A stretch of 64,000 bases of DNA, from contig CALXVG010000001.1 in assembly GCA_944391955.1 (NCBI GenBank), positions 131,170 to 195,169 of the forward strand, given 5' to 3'. The translations under genes were made by a program, and so were the position numbers. Each line of letters opens with the position of its first letter. Positions within the stretch are counted from its first letter, which is position 1. Below are positions 40,351-47,987 of this stretch, piece after piece. The notes beneath the pieces are model-generated. The model was not told the origin of the DNA. It did no database searches and was given only the letters and a program-made list of their open reading frames with translations. The DNA is from an uncultured Clostridia bacterium (lineage in GTDB: Bacteria > Bacillota > Clostridia > TANB77 > CAG-508).

Positions 40351-40597
40351 CGTTCCTTTCTTTTGATATTATTTTTTAGTAGTTTTAGGATTTTATAAGC
40401 TATTTTATTTTCATCTATTACATATTAACATTTAAAGTATACTTTAAGTCAAGTGTTTTTGGAAAATTTTTATTATAAATTCAAATAAATTACAATACAT
40501 TTATGAAAATTTGTTTTGTTTTTTGTGTCGTAAATGAGTTGTTCTATCTTGACACACTTTTTGACACACTAAAATAAAAGTAGCTAAAAATAAAAAA

Positions 40598-40973
40598 AGA
40601 TAATACTTCTTGGTATTATCTTTTTCTTGGTGGTTCGAAGTGGAATGCGTCGAGCCGCGTCGGAAAAATAGTCCACTGGACTATTTTTGCCTTAGTTTCA
40701 GGCTAACCTTGTTAGCCCAAAACTAGGCAACCTCCTTTTCGATTCCACTCATCTCTACTAAATAAAAAAAAGATAATACTTCTTGGTATTATCTTTTTCT
40801 TGGTGGTTCGAAGTGGAATGCGTCGAGCCGCGTCGGAAAAATAGTCCACTGGACTATTTTTGCCTTAGTTTCAGGCTAACCTTGTTAGCCCAAAACTAGG
40901 CAACCTCCTTTTCGATTCCACTCATCTCTACTAAATAAAAAAAAGATAATACTTCTTGGTATTATCTTTTTCT
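40598..40973. repeat. Tandem repeat, ~172-bp unit, 2.2 copies. Each unit holds a terminator hairpin, the last 19 nt of tRNA-Phe and a ~130-nt GC-rich segment.
   Basis: Unit starts are at 40598, 40771 and 40943. The third copy runs directly into the real tRNA-Phe gene. The units contain the palindromes AAAAATAGTCCACTGGACTATTTTT and GGCTAACCTTGTTAGCC. Confidence 0.8.
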
Positions 40974-41049
40974 TGGTGGTTCGAAGTGGAATCGAACCAC
41001 TGACACGGGGATTTTCAGTCCCCTGCTCTACCAACTGAGCTATCGAACC
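40974..41049 (-). tRNA. tRNA-Phe (GAA).
   Basis: The reverse complement folds as a cloverleaf. Anticodon loop CUGAAAA. 3' CCA is encoded. Confidence 0.9.
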
Positions 41050-41064
41050 TTTTTATATAATTAA

Positions 41065-41141
41065 TGGCGACCCGAATCGGGCTCGAACCGACGACCTCTA
41101 GCGTGACAGGCTAGCGTTCTAACCAACTGAACTACCGGGCC
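41065..41141 (-). tRNA. tRNA-Asp (GUC).
   Basis: Cloverleaf with anticodon loop CUGUCAC. CCA is encoded. Confidence 0.9.
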
Positions 41142-41152
41142 AAAAAATTAAA

Positions 41153-41228
41153 TGGTGGGCGCAATAGGGCTCGAACCTATGACCTCCTGCTTGTAAGGCA
41201 GATGCTCTACCAGCTGAGCTATGCGCCC
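41153..41228 (-). tRNA. tRNA-Val (UAC).
   Basis: Cloverleaf with anticodon loop CUUACAA. CCA is encoded. Confidence 0.9.
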
Positions 41229-41246
41229 ATTCATTCGACAAAAACT

Positions 41247-41275
41247 AGTATACTAGATTTTTGGGCTGTTGTCAA
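41247..41275 (-). promoter_or_regulatory. Sigma-A promoter of the Val-Asp-Phe tRNA operon.
   Basis: Minus strand reads TTGACA, 17 nt, TATACT, with an A-rich UP region. An imperfect tandem repeat (TTGGAGTTTGGAA, then TTGGAGTTTGGAAG) lies further upstream. Confidence 0.6.
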
Positions 41276-41436
41276 TACTTTTTTTGAATTTTTTCCAAAA
41301 TTTTCATAAGCAAAATTTTCATAATATATCGGCAGCCTGTAACTTCCAAACTCCAATTTCCAAACTCCAATTAGTATTTGGGCAGGCACAAGACCTACCC
41401 CCCCTACATTTTATGTATTCTAATTTAGTTTGTATC

Positions 41437-44400
41437 TTAAATTTCTATTTTTTTATCCAGATAAACAGAATATATATATGTATGTGCCACCTTCTGTTGC
41501 ACTGCTCGTTCTATTGCCTTTTTATATAATTCTAATTGTCCTTCATATTTTTCTATTAAATATTGTTCGTCTTTATTTGGTACATAATCAGTTTTATAGT
41601 CTACGAGAATAATTTCATCTTTTTCGTTTATACAATATAAATCTATTATACCTTGTACTAAAATATTTTCTTCAATATCTTTTTCATATATTTGTTTAAC
41701 AGGTATGGTTATATAAAATGGTTGTTCTTTAAAGACTTGCTTTGCTTTTTGTATTTCTTGAAATAAGTCTGATTTAATAAAATTTAAAATTTTCTCCCTT
41801 GAAATTGCTTTCATCTGGTTTTCTGTCATGATTTTTCTTAATACTAAATCTTGTAATAATTTTTCTATTTTTTCTTTGTCATAATTTGCTTTAAAGTCTA
41901 ATTTTTGTAGCACTAGATGTACAGCTGTTCCAATTTCTGCCCTTGATAGTTGTAGTTTTTCTTCCATGAATTTAGGCTTTTTTAGTTCACATACAATTTT
42001 TTCTTCTTCTTTTTGTTTTGTAATCTTACTTACTGAACTTTTACCTTCTATTGTAGTTAATTCTTTTCTTGAATATTCCCATGTAAGAATCTTGTTTATC
42101 TCTGGATTTATAGGTCTTTCCTCTATATTGATTTGTTTTTTTTCTTCTTTTATTTCTTCCTTTTTTACTATATCTTTTGGACTGTAAATATTAACCTTTA
42201 TTAGTTTTTTCATTCTGTCATCAAATAGATTTACAAGTTCCATCCAATCTAAATATGATTTTGCTTTTTTTAGATTTGATATATCAATTTTTCCTTTACT
42301 TAAATTAGCATTTATCGTTTCTAGTTTTGATTTACTAGATTTTTCTAAGTTCTTGTTTATACCTGTTATAATTAATTTTTCTCTACTACGCGTTAATGCT
42401 ACATACAAGAGTCTCATTTCTTCTTCAAGTACTTCTTTTTTAGTTTGGATTTTGATTGCTTCTTTTGCTAAAGTATTGTATTGAATTTTTCTTTCATAAT
42501 TTATATATTTAGGTCCTATTCCGATTTTTGGATGTAATAGAATTTTTTCATTTAAGTCCATTATATTAAATTGATTTCCTGTTCCTGATAAAAATACTAC
42601 TGGAAATTCTAGACCTTTGCTTTTATGAATACTCATTATTCTTATAACATCTTCATTTTCACCAATTAATTTTGGTGCTCCCATGTCGCTTCCTGTTTTT
42701 GTTACTTTATCAATAAATTTTATAAAATTATATAGCCCCTTAAAACTGCCTTGTTCATAGTCTTTTGCTTTTTCGAAAAGCATTTTTAGATTTGCTACTT
42801 TTATATTTCCATTTTTCATTAAACTAACATATGTATAAAATCCAGTTTTTTCATAGATATACCATATTAGTTCATCTAATTTAAGATATTCTTGTTTTTC
42901 TGAAAAGTCTTCAATATCTTCTAAGAAGTTTGTTACTTTTTTTCTTAATTCTATATTTTTTGATTCTTTATTTGCAACTAATGATTTATAGAAACTTTCA
43001 TTCCTTTTAAGCATCTTTATTTCTAAAAGTTCATTATCTGTAAATTCCCAAATTGGAGACCTTAGTATACTTACAAGTGCAATATCATTATCTGGGTTAT
43101 CTATTATTTTTAATAGGTTTATAATTATTTGTATTTCCATACTTTCAAAATAATTTGTTCCTATATCACTAAAAACGGGATATCCTAAACCTAATATTTC
43201 CTTTTCATATATTGAAGCTATATTTATAGTCTTTCTTAAAAGGATTACAATATCCTTTAATTGCAATTTTCTATATCCTACTTTTTTATCAAAAACATAA
43301 TAATTGCTGTTGATTAATTCTTGTATTTTATTTGCTACAAATTTAGCTTCTAAAACAGTATTTTCAATATTTAGCTCTTCTTCCTCATCTTCTTCAATAC
43401 TGTTCAAATCTATTATGTTTAGTTCTGGAATTCCATTTAATAATTTTTTTGTTTTGTCTTCTGGATATTCTAAACCTAAATTTAGATATTCACTTTCGTC
43501 ATATTCTATATTCCCAAAATTTTTAGACATTATATTTTCAAATATAATATTTGTTAAATTTAAAATGTTGTCTCTACTTCTAAAATTTGAATACAATTGT
43601 ATTTTATTTTCTTTATATGTATTGTATTTTTCTATAAATAGCTCTGGCCTTGATTGTCTAAATTTATAGATACTTTGTTTTACATCTCCCACCATGAATA
43701 TATTGTTTCCGCGTGATATTGTGTTTAATATATATTCCTGTATTTCATTACTGTCTTGATACTCATCTATTGCAATTTCTATAAATTTTTCTTGATATTT
43801 TTCTGCAATTTCTGTTGGTACATAATTTCCAAATTCGTCTTTTTCTATTAATATTTTTAATGCAAAATGTTCAATATCATTAAAATCAATTATGTTTTTT
43901 TCTTTTTTTATTTGTTGATAATTTTGTGAAAATTTATGTATTACTCTTTCTATATTTACTAATATCCTATACATTTCATAAATATCTTTTGTTGCTTGAT
44001 GGGAATTATACAGGAAAATCTTGTTTTTTAAATCATTTATCTGACTTTTTACTTTATCTCTTATTTCTTTTGCTTCGTCTTTTATGTCTGATTCAATTTT
44101 TTTATCTTGTGCCCATGTTCTAAATTTTATATCTGCTATTTGATTATATAATTCATCCCATGTATTTATATTTAATAATTTTTCCAAATTATCTATATCT
44201 TCATTAATTATAATATTCCATTTTATCAGCATTTCATCTTGTTGCAACTTTACTGCTTGTTGTTTTAATGCTTTTATTCCTTCTTGAATAACTTCTTTCG
44301 CATTTTCTATTAATATTTTTCCCCATTCTGTTTTAGCGAAATCTTCTGTACATTCTTTCATGTTAAATTTTTCAACATGCTCATTAAGCCATTCTTCTGG

Positions 44401-44949
44401 AAATGGCATACTTTGTGTATATTTATATATTTTCAATATTATTTCTTTTAAATCATCATCATCTCTATAACTACAATATGTGTTTATTAAATTGATAAAT
44501 TCAGCATCTTTGCTTTCATACAATTCATCAAAGGTCTGTTCTAATGTTTCCATTCTTAGTAGTTCAATTTCTGGAGTACTTGCTAGTCTGAAGTTTGGAG
44601 AAACGTCAATTCTATAAAAATTGTTTTTTATAACTTCTAAACAAAAAGCATGTATTGTTGATATATTTGATTTATTTAATAATATAATTTGTTTTCTTAG
44701 ATTTAAATTATCTGGTTCTTCCTCTAGTTTTTTGTATATAGCATCAAGTACTCTTTCTCTCATTTCTGTTGCTGCTGCATTTGTAAATGTAACTACTAAT
44801 AATTTATCTATATCTATTTTTTCATTTGTAATTTTATTTATTATTCTTTCTACAAGTACTGCTGTTTTTCCGCTTCCTGCTGCTGCTGCAACTAATATGT
44901 TGTTTCCTTTTTGCGTCATTGCTTGCAATTGTTTAGAAGTCCATGCCAT
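41437..44949 (-). CDS. addA: ATP-dependent helicase/nuclease subunit A.
   Basis: 1170 aa. UvrD-type helicase N-terminus (LVAAAAGSGKTAVLVERII). C-terminal RecB-family nuclease motif (DLYCINEKDEIILVDYKTD). Confidence 0.85.
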   Translation of the reverse strand: MAWTSKQLQAMTQKGNNILVAAAAGSGKTAVLVERIINKITNEKIDIDKLLVVTFTNAAATEMRERVLDAIYKKLEEEPDNLNLRKQIILLNKSNISTIHAFCLEVIKNNFYRIDVSPNFRLASTPEIELLRMETLEQTFDELYESKDAEFINLINTYCSYRDDDDLKEIILKIYKYTQSMPFPEEWLNEHVEKFNMKECTEDFAKTEWGKILIENAKEVIQEGIKALKQQAVKLQQDEMLIKWNIIINEDIDNLEKLLNINTWDELYNQIADIKFRTWAQDKKIESDIKDEAKEIRDKVKSQINDLKNKIFLYNSHQATKDIYEMYRILVNIERVIHKFSQNYQQIKKEKNIIDFNDIEHFALKILIEKDEFGNYVPTEIAEKYQEKFIEIAIDEYQDSNEIQEYILNTISRGNNIFMVGDVKQSIYKFRQSRPELFIEKYNTYKENKIQLYSNFRSRDNILNLTNIIFENIMSKNFGNIEYDESEYLNLGLEYPEDKTKKLLNGIPELNIIDLNSIEEDEEEELNIENTVLEAKFVANKIQELINSNYYVFDKKVGYRKLQLKDIVILLRKTINIASIYEKEILGLGYPVFSDIGTNYFESMEIQIIINLLKIIDNPDNDIALVSILRSPIWEFTDNELLEIKMLKRNESFYKSLVANKESKNIELRKKVTNFLEDIEDFSEKQEYLKLDELIWYIYEKTGFYTYVSLMKNGNIKVANLKMLFEKAKDYEQGSFKGLYNFIKFIDKVTKTGSDMGAPKLIGENEDVIRIMSIHKSKGLEFPVVFLSGTGNQFNIMDLNEKILLHPKIGIGPKYINYERKIQYNTLAKEAIKIQTKKEVLEEEMRLLYVALTRSREKLIITGINKNLEKSSKSKLETINANLSKGKIDISNLKKAKSYLDWMELVNLFDDRMKKLIKVNIYSPKDIVKKEEIKEEKKQINIEERPINPEINKILTWEYSRKELTTIEGKSSVSKITKQKEEEKIVCELKKPKFMEEKLQLSRAEIGTAVHLVLQKLDFKANYDKEKIEKLLQDLVLRKIMTENQMKAISREKILNFIKSDLFQEIQKAKQVFKEQPFYITIPVKQIYEKDIEENILVQGIIDLYCINEKDEIILVDYKTDYVPNKDEQYLIEKYEGQLELYKKAIERAVQQKVAHTYIYSVYLDKKIEI

Positions 44950-45024
44950 ATTTTTTCTCCTTTTTTTGTTTTGTTAATTTTATCACATAAAAAATAATTA
45001 GTAAACATCTTTATTTTTGGTTTA

Positions 45025-45360
45025 CTAATTATCATTTACCCATCTTACCATTTTTATATCTTTATATTTATCAAGAACTTCCATATATTTGTTGTATTCT
45101 TCTTCCCAAAGCATGTTAGGCACTTTATCAAATGCTTCAAAAACTCTTTCTGCTTCTTTTAAAAATACTAATTGATCTTGACTGGTTAATTTTTCGTATT
45201 TTTTTGAGAATCTATATAATTTATCTAAAGTTTGGTTTGCCTCTATAAAACTGTAAAAATCCTTGACATTTATTCCTGCTATTTTTATCTGAACTATCGC
45301 AAAAACTGCAAAAATAAATATCAAAAATAGGAGCATATATATTACTAAGAGTAATAACAT
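45025..45360 (-). CDS. Hypothetical single-pass membrane protein.
   Basis: The likely start is MLLLLVIYML with a GAAGGTG RBS. The ORF track extends it to 45435. No family recognised. Confidence 0.4.
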   Translation of the reverse strand: MLLLLVIYMLLFLIFIFAVFAIVQIKIAGINVKDFYSFIEANQTLDKLYRFSKKYEKLTSQDQLVFLKEAERVFEAFDKVPNMLWEEEYNKYMEVLDKYKDIKMVRWVNDN

Positions 45361-45553
45361 ATTTTTTACACCTTCTTTTTCTTCATATGCATATACATTT
45401 ATATTATACCATATCTGTTTTTTTTTGGCAATCATTCATTTATTAAAATTTGTTAAAAACATTAATTCAAAATAATACTTAAATTTTTATTTTGCATATT
45501 TTATTTTTTATTGCTAATAATAATTATATAATTTATTAATGGAGGTGCTTTTC

Positions 45554-45655
45554 ATGTCAGAAAAGAATAATAAGAATAATAAAAACAATAAAAATAATAA
45601 TAACAATAATAATAATAGAAGCAATAATAACAATAATGAAAATAATTGTAGATAG
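45554..45655 (+). CDS. Hypothetical 33-aa Asn/Lys-rich peptide.
   Basis: MSEKNNKNNKNNKNNNNNNNNRSNNNNNENNCR. A GGAGGTG RBS lies 6 nt upstream. A strong terminator follows immediately. Confidence 0.35.
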   Translation: MSEKNNKNNKNNKNNNNNNNNRSNNNNNENNCR

Positions 45656-45662
45656 TTATTAT

Positions 45663-45706
45663 AAAAGCAGAATTTTTAATATTTAAAAATTCTGCTTTTT
45701 TTATTT
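45663..45706. terminator. Bidirectional rho-independent terminator.
   Basis: AAAGCAGAATTTTT ... AAAAATTCTGCTTT hairpin with T-runs on both sides. Confidence 0.55.
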
Positions 45707-46303
45707 ATGGAAAACTATTTTATCATCTTTTTTTATTCTTTTTTGTTTTGTGTTATACATTTGCATTTTTAAGATTTTATATAAAATTATCATTGTGATT
45801 ATTAAGTGTAATCCCATAATTATATTAAATTTTATTTTAAATAAAGTAAACATCTTTTTACATTCTTCTAAATAAAATTCTTCATCTGTTATAAGGGCTA
45901 TTCCATCCAAACTTATACTGAATCTATCTGCAATATCTTCATTTGTGGTGTTCTCTCCTACATAGAATTTTTTAAATTCGTTCCCATCTCCATATTGTAA
46001 ATCCAGCTTAATTTTTAATCCAAAAAACACTAGCATTACTATCATCGAAATAGCAAAAACTATTTTTAAATTTCTTAATAATATTGTATCATTTGGTGAG
46101 AAAAATCTTATTAATAACAAAATAATTATTAGTGCTAAAAGTAACAGTAAATATGTGTTAATTAATACCCTTTTTGTATTTTCTATTGGGTCTGGAACTT
46201 TAGATTCGTAAGTAACTATAACTGTAATAATTGCAATTATAAAAATTAATGCTGTTAATAATGTTAGAGCTGTTGATTCGTTTTTTTTATCTTTTTTAGA
46301 CAT
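45701..46303 (-). CDS. Hypothetical polytopic membrane protein.
   Basis: 200 aa. Several hydrophobic segments. No family recognised. Confidence 0.4.
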   Translation of the reverse strand: MSKKDKKNESTALTLLTALIFIIAIITVIVTYESKVPDPIENTKRVLINTYLLLLLALIIILLLIRFFSPNDTILLRNLKIVFAISMIVMLVFFGLKIKLDLQYGDGNEFKKFYVGENTTNEDIADRFSISLDGIALITDEEFYLEECKKMFTLFKIKFNIIMGLHLIITMIILYKILKMQMYNTKQKRIKKDDKIVFHK

Positions 46304-46362
46304 ATTTTATCTCCTTCAAAAAATCGGTCAAAAAGCTTTGGCTATTTGACCGAGAAGTTTGA

Positions 46363-47793
46363 TTATAAGTTTCTTGCCATTTGAATTCCTGAACAAGATG
46401 CCATCATTAATCCTCTTGTCATTCCTCCACCATCTCCTATTGAATATAATCCTTTTACACTTGTCTCAAATTGATTGTTTATTATTACTTTATTACTATA
46501 GAATTTTATTTCAGGTGCATATAACAAATTATCTGGTGCACCAAATCCTTCTACAACCTTATCTACTGCTCTCACGAATTCTAAAATGCTTGTCATTGTT
46601 CTATATCCCAATGCAAAAGTTATATCTCCTGCTACTGCTGATTTTAAAGTTGGCTCTACTGTGTTTTTTTCTAGTTCATAATCCCATGTTCTTTTTCCTC
46701 TATATATATCACCTAATCTTTGAACTACTATGTTGCCTGCACCTAAATCATTTAAATTTTGAGCTACATTTCTACCATATTGAATTGGTGTTTTAAAAGG
46801 ACTGGTAAAATGATGTGATACTAATATCGCTAAATTTGTATTTGTGCTTTTTCTTTCCTTATATGAATGTCCATTTACCAATGTAAGATTATTATCATAT
46901 ACTTCTGCTGATACAAATCCACTTGGGTTTTGACAAAATGTTCTAACTTTATCTCTAAAAGGTCCTACTCGTCCTATGAATTTTGCCTCATACATATATT
47001 TGTTTACATCTTTCATTACTTCATCTGGAAGTTCATATCTAACACCAATATCCACTATTCCTGTTTCTGTTTTTATGTTATGTTTGTTAGCCATGTCAAC
47101 TAACCAGTTTGCTCCCTTTCTTCCAACTGCTAAAACAACTTTATTTGCATATATTGTCTCTAATGGATAGTCTTCATCATCTATGTATTTAGCTTCTTTA
47201 ATTTTAACACCTTTTACTTCATTATTTTCTATTATTAAATCTGCAACTGTAGTTTCAAATCGCATATCTATATTATTACTTTCTATATATTGCTCTAGTC
47301 TATGATATACCTCATGACTTTTTTCTGTTCCTAAATGTCTAATTGGAATATTTATTAGTCTAATTCCTTCTTTGTGTGCTCTACTATTTATTTTTGCGAT
47401 TTCTTCTTTATATTCTGTACCTTCAAGATGTTGATCAGCTCCAAAATCTAAATAGATTTTATCTGCATAATCTATTAATTTTTTTGTTTCTGGCACACCA
47501 ATATATTTATGTACATTTCCCCCTACATGGATTTCATCATCTTCTTGATTATATAAAGATAACTTACCATCAGAAAATGCTCCTGCACCTGAAAATCCAT
47601 TTGTTATATGACACATTGGTTTACAGTGAACGCATTTTTTTGTTTTTTCTATAGGACAATTTCTTTGCTCTACTCTTTTTCCTTGATCTATTAATAATAC
47701 TTTTTCATGTTTTTTTAATTGTATTAATTCATATGCACAAAAAATAGAACTTGGTCCCATTCCAACTACAATTACATCATATTTATCTGACAT
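46363..47793 (-). CDS. FAD-dependent oxidoreductase (COG2509-like uncharacterised FAD-dependent dehydrogenase).
   Basis: YDVIVVGMGPSS Rossmann dinucleotide-binding motif. An AAGGGAGAG RBS sits before MSDKYD at 47793. The ORF track's longer start is unlikely. Confidence 0.7.
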   Translation of the reverse strand: MSDKYDVIVVGMGPSSIFCAYELIQLKKHEKVLLIDQGKRVEQRNCPIEKTKKCVHCKPMCHITNGFSGAGAFSDGKLSLYNQEDDEIHVGGNVHKYIGVPETKKLIDYADKIYLDFGADQHLEGTEYKEEIAKINSRAHKEGIRLINIPIRHLGTEKSHEVYHRLEQYIESNNIDMRFETTVADLIIENNEVKGVKIKEAKYIDDEDYPLETIYANKVVLAVGRKGANWLVDMANKHNIKTETGIVDIGVRYELPDEVMKDVNKYMYEAKFIGRVGPFRDKVRTFCQNPSGFVSAEVYDNNLTLVNGHSYKERKSTNTNLAILVSHHFTSPFKTPIQYGRNVAQNLNDLGAGNIVVQRLGDIYRGKRTWDYELEKNTVEPTLKSAVAGDITFALGYRTMTSILEFVRAVDKVVEGFGAPDNLLYAPEIKFYSNKVIINNQFETSVKGLYSIGDGGGMTRGLMMASCSGIQMARNL

Positions 47794-47952
47794 ATATACT
47801 CTCCCTTCGAGTTTTTTACTTAAAAAGTATATCATATTTTTTTATTTTTTTCAATGCTCGTAGAAGAAAAATGTTGTTTAGTGGCTCATTGGAATGCGAA
47901 AAAATGCCACACTATAACCAAAAGCTGGTTTTAATGTGGCAAATGCTGAAAA

Positions 47953-47983
47953 CCTACAGACATAATCCCCGTCCCGCTGTCTA
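47953..47983. repeat. GC-rich repeat element, copy B.
   Basis: CCTACAGACATAATCCCCGTCCCGCTGTCTAC. Near-identical to 18995-19036. The upstream ~20 nt (TGGCAAATGCTG) also resembles copy A. Confidence 0.5.
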
Positions 47984-47987
47984 CTGT

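Noticed and set aside
40598-40973. Considered whether the tandem repeats near the tRNA cluster are a CRISPR array.
   Set aside because: The period is about 172 bp and there are no unique spacers between short repeats. The units are near-identical throughout and contain a tRNA 3' fragment. No cas genes are present.
41340-41372. Imperfect tandem repeat TTCCAAACTCCAAT upstream of the tRNA promoter, considered as a possible small repeat array or regulatory iteron.
   Set aside because: Only two slightly different copies. They lie in the A/T-rich UP-element region of a strong tRNA promoter. There is too little evidence for a distinct feature.
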